Origin: Phycisphaera mikurensis NBRC 102666
GTDB lineage: Bacteria; Planctomycetota; Phycisphaerae; Phycisphaerales; SM1A02
Reading direction: 5' to 3'
DNA: 51,697 bases
Assembly: GCA_945890745.1 (NCBI GenBank)
Contig: CAMDCW010000001.1
Span: 1 to 51,697, forward strand
Every line of letters starts with the position of its first letter. Positions within the stretch are counted from its first letter, which is position 1. The notes beneath the pieces are model-generated. The model saw nothing but the letters and a program-made list of their open reading frames with translations, was not told where the DNA came from and searched no databases. This document shows positions 37,913 through 46,076 of this stretch, one piece after another. A program made the position numbers and the translations under genes.

Positions 37913-38986
37913 TTAGTGACGTGAAGCAATCCGCAGTCTCTCCAGTGTCTGCGCGGCGCCACCAGAGTCAATAGCTGCTTCGGCAAGTTGAATGCCAACA
38001 GAAACGTTCTCAGCAAGCCCAGCAGCCATGATGGCAAGACCGGCATTGGCCACCGCCATATGACGGCGCGGACCACGTTCGCTGCCAGTCAGAATTGCTG
38101 AAAGCAAGTGCGCGGCACCCGCAAGATCACTAGCAGCAAGGTCGGCGTGTGTGGCAACCGGAAATCCAAGTTCGCTAGTGCTCAGCAGTCGTTCTGTCAC
38201 AACGCCGTTCTGCACATCAGCAATCATGGTTGGCGAAGTGATGGAGCACTCATCTAGACCGTCGGTTCCGTGGACCACTACCGCGCGCACGGCACCAAGC
38301 ATCGCCAATGCGTCAGCCACCGGTCTGACAAATTGTGGCGCATACACACCAACAATCTGCCGCTTGGCACCAGCAGGATTGGTCAGGGGACCAAGGAGAT
38401 TGAAGATGGTGGGAATACCAAGGGCCTTTCGTACAGGCATGACATGGCGCGTGGCGGGGTGATGGTGAATGGCAAAACAGAAACAGATACCAGCCTCATC
38501 CATGCACCGGCGCTGGGTTTCGCGTCCCGCATCAACATGGACTCCCAACTCCATGAGCACTTCAGCACTGCCGCGACCAGTTCGGCTTCGGTTGCCATGC
38601 TTCGCGACCTTCGCACCTGCTGCAGCCGCAATGATGGCCGCGGCAGTGGAGACATTGAACAGCTTTGTGGTGCCACCCGTACCCGCAGTATCCAAGAGTG
38701 CGTCCGCTGCAACGCCAGTATCAACAGGGTCAACATGGGCGCGCATGACCGTTGCGGCACCGGCGAGTTCATCAGCGGTGGGCACGCGCGTGGCTAACAG
38801 TGCAAGTAACGCACCAATCTCCGCTGGGTGGCACTCACCAGACATAAGAGATTCAAATGCAGATTGTGACTCGCCACGCTGGAGTGTTCGACCACCCACA
38901 AGTGCAGCGATGAACGGCGTCAAGTCACCACTGGTTGGCGCTCGGGCAAATTCAGGTAATCCGTTGGCATTCGTCGGAGTAGGCAC
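37913..38986 (-). CDS. trpD: Anthranilate phosphoribosyltransferase
   Basis: 357 aa. Motifs are DTAGTGGTTKLFNVSTAAA, KHGNRS and NLLGPLTNPA. Confidence 0.9.
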   Translation of the reverse strand: MPTPTNANGLPEFARAPTSGDLTPFIAALVGGRTLQRGESQSAFESLMSGECHPAEIGALLALLATRVPTADELAGAATVMRAHVDPVDTGVAADALLDTAGTGGTTKLFNVSTAAAIIAAAAGAKVAKHGNRSRTGRGSAEVLMELGVHVDAGRETQRRCMDEAGICFCFAIHHHPATRHVMPVRKALGIPTIFNLLGPLTNPAGAKRQIVGVYAPQFVRPVADALAMLGAVRAVVVHGTDGLDECSITSPTMIADVQNGVVTERLLSTSELGFPVATHADLAASDLAGAAHLLSAILTGSERGPRRHMAVANAGLAIMAAGLAENVSVGIQLAEAAIDSGGAAQTLERLRIASRH

Positions 38987-39018
38987 GGCACGATGGTACG
39001 CCCCGTAGACTCCGCAGC

Positions 39019-39978
39019 GTGCACATCATTGCTGAGAGCATCGTCCATTCGATGGGTCCATTTGCGCTTCGTTTTACCGACACAATTGGTGTTCGTTGGT
39101 ACGGCATCTCGTATGCCATGGGGTTCATTGCCGCGTGGCAACTACTGCGGTGGTTGGCAAAGACCGGGCGAACGCAACTGAAGCCGGAACTTGTTGGCGA
39201 TTACATGACCTGGTGTATCGCAGGGGTTGTCTTGGGCGGTCGATTGGGGCACGTGTTTCTCTATGACCAGTTTCTACTTTGGAAATTTTCTACCGACGTT
39301 CCATTCTGGGGCGTCTTAGAGATTCACCGTGGTGGCATGTCAAGTCACGGTGGCATCATTGGTGTGGTGGTAGTAACTGTCTTGTTCGCTCGCCGCGCAG
39401 GCATCTCTTCACTTGGGCTTGTTGAAACAGCCGCATTCATGACGCCGCCTGGGTTGATGTTTGGCCGACTTGCAAATTGGGTGAATGGCGAACTATGGGG
39501 CAAACCCCTGCCGGATGCCATGCAAGCCGCGCCACCATGGTGGAGCGTCAAATACCCAGAGGAAGCGCTGCAATTGGCACCAACACCCGATGCATACGTG
39601 GCTGCAAAGCACCTGTACGCCATGGTGTACGCCGGGAACGCCCAGGCAATGCAAGATATTGCTGCACTTGTTCCGGCGCGCTACCCAAACAATTTCATTC
39701 AGGCATTGACGGACGGCCCATTGCTCATGCTTGCGCTGGTCATTGTGTGGTGGAAACCACGACATGCAGGCGTGGTAACGGGCACATTCCTGATTGCATA
39801 CGGCATCTTGCGTAACGTCAGCGAGCAGTTCCGCGAGCCGGACAGCGGAGTATTCACCATTGGGGTGGTCACACTACCAATGCTGGTTTCTGCAGTCATG
39901 GTTGCCATTGGCGTGGCGGTGATTGTTTACGCAAAGCGATCGAGCGGTCCACTCATGGGTGGGGTTGCGCCGCGGTAG
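39019..39978 (+). CDS. lgt: Prolipoprotein diacylglyceryl transferase
   Basis: GTG start. Lgt blocks are VRWYGISYAMGF, GGRLGHV and SSHGGIIG. The protein is polytopic. Confidence 0.85.
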   Translation: MHIIAESIVHSMGPFALRFTDTIGVRWYGISYAMGFIAAWQLLRWLAKTGRTQLKPELVGDYMTWCIAGVVLGGRLGHVFLYDQFLLWKFSTDVPFWGVLEIHRGGMSSHGGIIGVVVVTVLFARRAGISSLGLVETAAFMTPPGLMFGRLANWVNGELWGKPLPDAMQAAPPWWSVKYPEEALQLAPTPDAYVAAKHLYAMVYAGNAQAMQDIAALVPARYPNNFIQALTDGPLLMLALVIVWWKPRHAGVVTGTFLIAYGILRNVSEQFREPDSGVFTIGVVTLPMLVSAVMVAIGVAVIVYAKRSSGPLMGGVAPR

Positions 39979-40804
39979 CAGGCGGATTGACTGGGGCTGC
40001 TGGTGCGACTGGCGTGACCGGCGCGGCTGGTGTCGCGGGCGATGAAGTAGCCGATTGGCGTCGAACAACAATCTGCACTTCGCTCCACTTGTTCTTCATA
40101 GAAACTTGTGGACCGTTGTAATTCAAACCACGCGGATCGCCAATCGCCTCCCATTGTGACTGTGCTGCAAGCCACTGAGAGAGAGCGTCCATTCCAGAAT
40201 TCACCGTGCCCATTCCATAGGCGCCACGCATACCAATGGAAAGCACGGTCATCTCGGGAGTATCAACAACCTTGATTCGACCATCCGCGCCGGTTGGGCC
40301 AAGGTCAGCCTTGCGATAAAGGAAACTCATGGTCCAGGAGCCCTCCGCATCTTGCATTGGTGCAAGTGGGGTGCGCTCACCGGCGGGCTTGTAGTCCATC
40401 TCGACCGGACTAGTCATGGCAATCTCGCGGCTCTTGATGTGGTTAAAGAGCGGCCAGAATCCAACGTTCATTCCAAAGTTGCTCGATCCCTTGGCGCTGT
40501 ACTCAGCGCGACGAACGCTTGGATAGGTCTTCAGTTCAATCATCCCTGGGGGTGTTGGTGCTGGGTAGCCCTCGGGCAGTGGTGCTTCGATCATCATTCC
40601 AAGTTCCGGCAGGCGGTACTCGCCATTCTCAAGCACTGGCTTGACCGAGGCATCGCCCAGCACACGCAGTGTGGCCCCTGGCGCGGGTGCACCCTCTGGT
40701 CGCGTGGTTGTTGGCGCGGCATCTGGGGCGGATTTGCCTGTGGCGACGGTGTCACCAAAGGGTTGAAATGCGGAAGCGAGGAAGGCAAGTGTGGCAATGA
40801 TCAT
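39953..40804 (-). CDS. SOUL heme-binding-family-like secreted protein with a Pro/Ala/Thr-rich C-terminal tail
   Basis: 283 aa with a signal peptide (MIIATLAFLASAF). The central region (ELKTYPSVRRAEYSAKGSS...FNHIKSREIAMTSPVEMDY...WTMSFLY) resembles the SOUL/HBP fold pattern. The family call is from memory only. Confidence 0.55.
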   Translation of the reverse strand: MIIATLAFLASAFQPFGDTVATGKSAPDAAPTTTRPEGAPAPGATLRVLGDASVKPVLENGEYRLPELGMMIEAPLPEGYPAPTPPGMIELKTYPSVRRAEYSAKGSSNFGMNVGFWPLFNHIKSREIAMTSPVEMDYKPAGERTPLAPMQDAEGSWTMSFLYRKADLGPTGADGRIKVVDTPEMTVLSIGMRGAYGMGTVNSGMDALSQWLAAQSQWEAIGDPRGLNYNGPQVSMKNKWSEVQIVVRRQSATSSPATPAAPVTPVAPAAPVNPPATAAQPHP

Positions 40805-40928
40805 GGGATTCTCCAGGCCGTATTCGCACGATCGGGACTCTCCGATTCACTCACGTGGGGCTCCAGTGGTGCGTCGACATTCAGCAGCCAGGAACAGGTT
40901 GGCGCTGCCGGCAAAGTACGATCAATTC

Positions 40929-42395
40929 ATGGCTGATGCACCTACCGGAAACCGCCCCGTAACTACCTGGGAATACAGCCCAGCGCCCGAAACATCCCCT
41001 GTGGTGATTCCAGACCAGACCCAACTGTATGTGGGTGGGAAGTTCATCGAGCCACATTCCAAGAAGCGCTTCGCTACGGTCAATCCGGCCACCGAGGCGA
41101 TCCTTTCGAACATTGCCGATGGCGATGCGGCGGATGTAGATGCAGCGGTGAGTGCAGCGCGCAAAGCATTGAAGCCATGGGGAAAGCTCCCAGCCAGTGA
41201 GCGGGCCAAGTACCTCTATCGAATTGCTCGAAGAATTCAAGAACGCGCCCGTGAGTTAGCCATTCTGGAATCAATGGATGGTGGCAAGCCCATCAAAGAG
41301 AGCCGCGATGTTGATATTCCGCTCGCCGCCCAACACTTCTTTCATCACGCTGGCTGGTGCGACAAGCTTCGATATGCCATGCCAGGTACCCGCGAGCCAC
41401 GACCAGTTGGCGTGTGTGGCCAGATCATTCCGTGGAACTTCCCGTTACTCATGGCGGCGTGGAAATTAGCACCAGCACTCGCGTGTGGAAACACCGTGGT
41501 ACTTAAGCCAGCCGAGACAACATCATTGACCGCCATGCGTTTGGCCGAGATTCTTCAAGAGTGCGACCTTCCACCCGGTGTGGTGAACATTGTCACTGGC
41601 GCCGGTGCAACAGGTAAGGCGCTAGTTGACCATGCAGGTGTTGACAAGATCGCCTTCACTGGAAGTACTGAGGTTGGTAAACAAATCGCCCAAGCATGTG
41701 CCAAGCGTGGCACCAGATTGACGCTTGAATTAGGTGGAAAAAGCGCAAACATCATCTTTGCGGACGCGGCGATTGACCAAGCGATCGAAGGCATCGTGCA
41801 GGGGATTTGGTTTAACCAAGGCCATGTGTGCTGTGCTGGAAGCCGGCTCTTTGTAGAGGAGTCGATCTTGCCTGAAGTCACGCGCAAGTTAGAGATGCGC
41901 ATGAAGACACTTCGTGTTGGCGACCCACTTGATAAGAACACTGATATCGGCGCTATCAATAGCAAGCAACAACTGGCGATCATCGAGGGCTACATAGCGG
42001 AGGGCAGTCGAGAGGGATGCACGGTGTGTCAGCCGAATCACCAGACGCTTCCAACCAAAGGCTACTGGTGCCGCCCAACATTCATGACGGGTGTGCAACC
42101 AGCCCACGTGGTAGCGCGCGAAGAAATCTTTGGACCAGTGCTGGCGGTGATGAGCTTCCGCACTCCTGAAGAAGCGATCAGCCGCGCGAACAATTCGCCC
42201 TATGGATTGGCAGCTGGAATTTGGACAGAGAAGGGCAGCAAGATGTTTGATGTGGCGCGGCGCCTGCAGGCGGGCGTTGTGTGGTGCAACACATACAACC
42301 AGTTTGATGCAACCAGTCCATTTGGTGGCTTCAAGGAAAGTGGCTTTGGACGCGAGGGTGGCATGCAGGGCCTCGCCGCATACCTGTCAGAGTGA
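40929..42395 (+). CDS. NAD(P)-dependent aldehyde dehydrogenase (catalytically complete)
   Basis: The ORF is open from 40791 but would overlap the divergent gene, so ATG 40929 is chosen. Motifs are LELGGKSANIIF, the catalytic-Cys block FNQGHVCCAGSRLFV, and EEIFGPV. Confidence 0.9.
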   Translation: MADAPTGNRPVTTWEYSPAPETSPVVIPDQTQLYVGGKFIEPHSKKRFATVNPATEAILSNIADGDAADVDAAVSAARKALKPWGKLPASERAKYLYRIARRIQERARELAILESMDGGKPIKESRDVDIPLAAQHFFHHAGWCDKLRYAMPGTREPRPVGVCGQIIPWNFPLLMAAWKLAPALACGNTVVLKPAETTSLTAMRLAEILQECDLPPGVVNIVTGAGATGKALVDHAGVDKIAFTGSTEVGKQIAQACAKRGTRLTLELGGKSANIIFADAAIDQAIEGIVQGIWFNQGHVCCAGSRLFVEESILPEVTRKLEMRMKTLRVGDPLDKNTDIGAINSKQQLAIIEGYIAEGSREGCTVCQPNHQTLPTKGYWCRPTFMTGVQPAHVVAREEIFGPVLAVMSFRTPEEAISRANNSPYGLAAGIWTEKGSKMFDVARRLQAGVVWCNTYNQFDATSPFGGFKESGFGREGGMQGLAAYLSE

Positions 42396-42442
42396 CGCGG
42401 TGATTTGCAACCATCATCACAACCGCTACAAGGATTCGAAAC

Positions 42443-43324
42443 ATGAGTGATCACGAACGACTGGCCGTACTGAAGACCTGGAAACTGTTCATAAAGGGCA
42501 GTTTTCCACGCTCCGAGAGTGGACGAACATTGCCGCTTATCAATAAAGAAGGTGGCTTAGTGGCGCACCTCTCACACGCAAGCCGCAAGGATTTGCGAGA
42601 GGCAGTTGAAGCAGCACGCGGCGCCTTTCCTGGGTGGAGTGGCAGCACGGCATACCTTCGGAGCCAAATCATCTATCGACTGGCGGAGATGCTTGAAGGT
42701 CGACGCGCGGAATTGGCAGATGCTTTGCGTTGCACTTCAGGCGTTTCGAAGAAGAAAGCAGACACAGAGGTCAGTGCATCAATTGATCGAACCGTGAGTT
42801 GGGCTGGTTGGTGCGACAAGTTTCCAATGGTGCTTGGCTCGCGCAATCCGGTTGCTGGGCCGTATCACAACTTCAGCATGCCAGAGCCAAGCGGCGTATG
42901 TGTCGCGGTGCAAGGCGTCGCAGACCAACATTCATTGCTTGGGTTTATGTCACTTGTGTTGCCGCCACTATGCACCGGTAATGCGGTGGTGGCTGTTGCG
43001 CACACAGAGCACCCACTGGCGGCGCTCTTGGTCGCTGAGATAGCACCAACAGCGGATATTCCAGCGGGGGTTCTCAATGTCATCACTGGTGATGCCAAGG
43101 AATTGGCTGGCTGGATTGCAAGCCATCGCGACGTGGATTCGGTGCATGCCATTGCGGACGAATCGATTGCCGCCACCCTGCGCGCTGGCGCGGCGGAGAA
43201 TCTCAAGCGAGTGCAGATTCTCTCCAAGGATGAGGATTTTTCGGACACCGATCGTTGGACAAACCCCCGCCGATTGGCGATGTTTGTGGAGATAAAGACG
43301 GTTTGGCATCCATCCGCTACTTAA
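42443..43324 (+). CDS. Aldehyde-dehydrogenase-like protein lacking the catalytic domain (cofactor-binding half plus C-terminal tail only)
   Basis: 293 aa. N-terminal ALDH blocks are present (AVEAARGAFPGWS, LVLPPLCTGNAVV, AGVLNVITGD). The sequence passes from NLKRV straight to the C-terminal FVEIKTVW tail. There is no ELGGKS block and no catalytic Cys block. Confidence 0.65.
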   Translation: MSDHERLAVLKTWKLFIKGSFPRSESGRTLPLINKEGGLVAHLSHASRKDLREAVEAARGAFPGWSGSTAYLRSQIIYRLAEMLEGRRAELADALRCTSGVSKKKADTEVSASIDRTVSWAGWCDKFPMVLGSRNPVAGPYHNFSMPEPSGVCVAVQGVADQHSLLGFMSLVLPPLCTGNAVVAVAHTEHPLAALLVAEIAPTADIPAGVLNVITGDAKELAGWIASHRDVDSVHAIADESIAATLRAGAAENLKRVQILSKDEDFSDTDRWTNPRRLAMFVEIKTVWHPSAT

Positions 43325-43366
43325 AGAACGCCCAGTGGTCAACACGACGAGATTTGCGATTTACCT

Positions 43367-44146
43367 ATGACTGAGACCAACACCAACACCGACCTTGTTG
43401 CACTCACGGTCAATGACCACATAGCAACCATCACCTTGAATCGTGGTGACAAGGCCAACGCGCTGAGTCACGCACTCATTGATGCTATGGGCGCCGCGCT
43501 TGACATCATTACTCCGCGATGCACGCCGAAGGGTGACATTCGCGTACTTGTTCTCGCGGGGGCCGGCAAAGTGTTCTGTGCTGGTATGGATCTGCGTGGC
43601 GTCATTGATGACCCCGCTGCGATGGGTGAAATGCTTCGCGGCCTTTCGCGTGTGAGCCGCATTATTCGGCGTCTCCATATTCCAACCATCACGCGTGTGC
43701 AAGGTGCAGCGATTGGTGGCGGTTGTGGACTCATGGTGGTGACTGACTTTGCGGTGACACATCCGGAGTCCAAAGTTGGATATCCAGAAGTCGATCTTGG
43801 AATCTGCCCAGCGGTTGTGGCACCTTGGCTGATCAAGAAGATCGGCGCCGGGCGGGCTCGTGCCATGCTGCTAGCTGGTGGAACCATGAGTGGGCAACAA
43901 GGCTTTGAGGCTGGTCTTGCCACCCATCTTTGCGCCCATGATCAACTGGACGCGACGGTTGCTGAGTTGGCCAAGCGCCTCCGCGCTGGGGGTCCAGAAG
44001 CAATCGCTACCACCAAGCGCTGGCTCAATGAACTTGATGGGTCAAATGATGACGCCGTGCTTGATAAAGCCGCGGAATTGAGCGCGCAGATTATTGCGGG
44101 CGACGAGGCTCAACAGCGGCTGCGGAAGGTGTTTGGCGGGAAGTAG
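43367..44146 (+). CDS. Crotonase-superfamily (enoyl-CoA hydratase/isomerase-like) protein
   Basis: 259 aa. Motifs are LNRGDKANAL, FCAGMDL, AIGGGCGL and GYPEVDLGICP. The first canonical catalytic Glu position is Gly (nt 43727-43729). Confidence 0.85.
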   Translation: MTETNTNTDLVALTVNDHIATITLNRGDKANALSHALIDAMGAALDIITPRCTPKGDIRVLVLAGAGKVFCAGMDLRGVIDDPAAMGEMLRGLSRVSRIIRRLHIPTITRVQGAAIGGGCGLMVVTDFAVTHPESKVGYPEVDLGICPAVVAPWLIKKIGAGRARAMLLAGGTMSGQQGFEAGLATHLCAHDQLDATVAELAKRLRAGGPEAIATTKRWLNELDGSNDDAVLDKAAELSAQIIAGDEAQQRLRKVFGGK

Positions 44147-44209
44147 TTCTTGTACTTGTCGATCGCCCGTATTGAGACGTCACACCTGATTTTCCGTACT
44201 CTCTCCGAG

Positions 44210-45121
44210 ATGTCCACACCCCTCCAAATCGATCGTGACACCGACGGAATTGTCACGCTTTGGCTTGAGCCAAATCCAGCGAAACCGCGTGGCGGCGTAG
44301 TGGTGCTTGATGCGTGGCTGATCGGTGCGATCAGTGCTGCATGCGCGCAGATTGCGCTGGACGGTTGCACGGGGCTTGTGCTTGCCTCTGCGAGCACGCG
44401 CGTGTTTGTTGCTGGCGCAGACCTTGCGGAAATTGATGCGCTTGATGACGCAGCGCTGCACAACTATCTACAACGCGGCGGCGCGGCATTCGCGGCGATC
44501 CCTGCGCTTGGTGTTCCAAGTGTGGCAGTGATTCACAAAGCCGCGCTTGGCGGCGGCCTTGAACTTGCCATGCATTGCGATGCACTTGTAGGCACACTTC
44601 CAGCAGAAGGCGAGAAGCCGTGGATGGTTGGCTTACCGGAGTGTGGTTTGTGCATTTGTCCAGGTTGGGGTGGAACACAGATGTTGCCAGCTCGGATTGA
44701 CCCAAAGGCGGCCATGGTTGCTACCGCGAATGGCGCGCCATGGAAGTGTGCAGACGTTCCAGCGGGGCTCTTTGCGTGCGTCTTGCCTGCAGGAAGCACC
44801 CAGGCACAGATGATCGACGAAGCGAAGCGCTGGATTCGCGCGCAGCACGCTGCACCATCCGCCACGCCACGATTTGCAGGCAAACACGCGCCCCGGCAGG
44901 CGATTTCGCCACGGGACGCCGCGCGTATGGAGGCAGCGTTGGCATCAGCACGTGCCGCAGTACCACCAAGCCCACACGCCGACGCGTGCTTTGATTGCGT
45001 TCACGTTGGCTACACGCGCGGTTGGGACGAGGCGGTTACGGCAGAGCGCGCACACCTTGTTCGATTGCGTCACACACCAGAGGCTCGTGCGAAACTCACG
45101 GCGTTCCTGAGTAAGTCGTAA
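44210..45121 (+). CDS. Crotonase-superfamily (enoyl-CoA hydratase-like) protein, longer paralogous type
   Basis: The ORF is open from TTG 44150. ATG 44210 (MSTPLQIDRDTDGIVTLWL) is chosen. Motifs are FVAGADL, ALGGGLELAMHCD and GLPECGLCICPGWGGTQ. Both Glu positions are present. Confidence 0.7.
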   Translation: MSTPLQIDRDTDGIVTLWLEPNPAKPRGGVVVLDAWLIGAISAACAQIALDGCTGLVLASASTRVFVAGADLAEIDALDDAALHNYLQRGGAAFAAIPALGVPSVAVIHKAALGGGLELAMHCDALVGTLPAEGEKPWMVGLPECGLCICPGWGGTQMLPARIDPKAAMVATANGAPWKCADVPAGLFACVLPAGSTQAQMIDEAKRWIRAQHAAPSATPRFAGKHAPRQAISPRDAARMEAALASARAAVPPSPHADACFDCVHVGYTRGWDEAVTAERAHLVRLRHTPEARAKLTAFLSKS

Positions 45122-45164
45122 GCGCGCGCAACGTTACACATCTACTAAACACTATCGAATCACC

Positions 45165-46016
45165 ATGAACAACTACTACGCCATTCTTGCATCACTTGGA
45201 GTAGCCGTGCTCCTGTCCCCAGAGATCACTGTTCTTGGACTTATCGCCGCGAGTGATCAGAAGCGTCCGCGCACGTTCGCGTGGGCATTTGGAATTGGAA
45301 CCATCATTGGTCTGGCGTTTGCGCTGGTCATTGGATTCTTACTTGCGCAGACCCACGGCAGCATGCCAGAAGAACACCACCAGGGGACGTGGGTTGGGTT
45401 TACGGTGCGCGCAACCATTGCGTCCGCCCTCTTTGTTGTTGGCATGTATCGGTTGGTGAACGCCATCAGGAATGCGCCCATCGAGAAGACCCCCGAGCAG
45501 GAGGAGCGAAGTCTCAAGCACCGGCTCGTGCATTGGTGCAAGTTGAAATTTCCAGCGATCACCAAGCGCTTTGACGGCAGTATTGATGTTTCAACCACCG
45601 AACGAGCCATTCGTTGGGGACTCCTTGGGTTTGCTTGCGATGGTTTGCATCCCAAAATCTTCCCGATCGTGACCGCAGCTGGTCACGAGGCGCTGCAAGT
45701 TTCAGAATCAAGCGAGCGGGTGATCGGCATTGTGATGTTCGCGGTGATCGCGTTGATTCCCGGCCTGATCCCTGCGGTGGTGGAGACGGTGCACCCAGGG
45801 GTTTCGGCGCGCATCAAGGATGCCTTTGAGAGCTTCATGAAGCGTTATGGCCGATTGATTAGTGCGGCGTTCATTCTGGCGGTGGCGGCGTTTGTTGGGA
45901 ACAATGCCAGAAATGACATGCCTGGGCGGGAGGCGGCGGAGGTGCCGGCGGCGCCGGCAGTGGTGGCGCCTGTGGCGGTAGAGAAATCCCCCGCGGCGAT
46001 TCCAGCGCCTCAATAG
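45165..46016 (+). CDS. Hypothetical integral membrane protein (possibly GAP/Sap-like family)
   Basis: 283 aa with about 6 hydrophobic helices and a Pro/Ala-rich C-terminus. The family suggestion is weak and from memory. Confidence 0.5.
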   Translation: MNNYYAILASLGVAVLLSPEITVLGLIAASDQKRPRTFAWAFGIGTIIGLAFALVIGFLLAQTHGSMPEEHHQGTWVGFTVRATIASALFVVGMYRLVNAIRNAPIEKTPEQEERSLKHRLVHWCKLKFPAITKRFDGSIDVSTTERAIRWGLLGFACDGLHPKIFPIVTAAGHEALQVSESSERVIGIVMFAVIALIPGLIPAVVETVHPGVSARIKDAFESFMKRYGRLISAAFILAVAAFVGNNARNDMPGREAAEVPAAPAVVAPVAVEKSPAAIPAPQ

Positions 46017-46076
46017 GTGCTGCGCCGCGAGGGAGTCTTTACAGTGTTGGGTTAATGGAGATGCCTACCGTTACTG

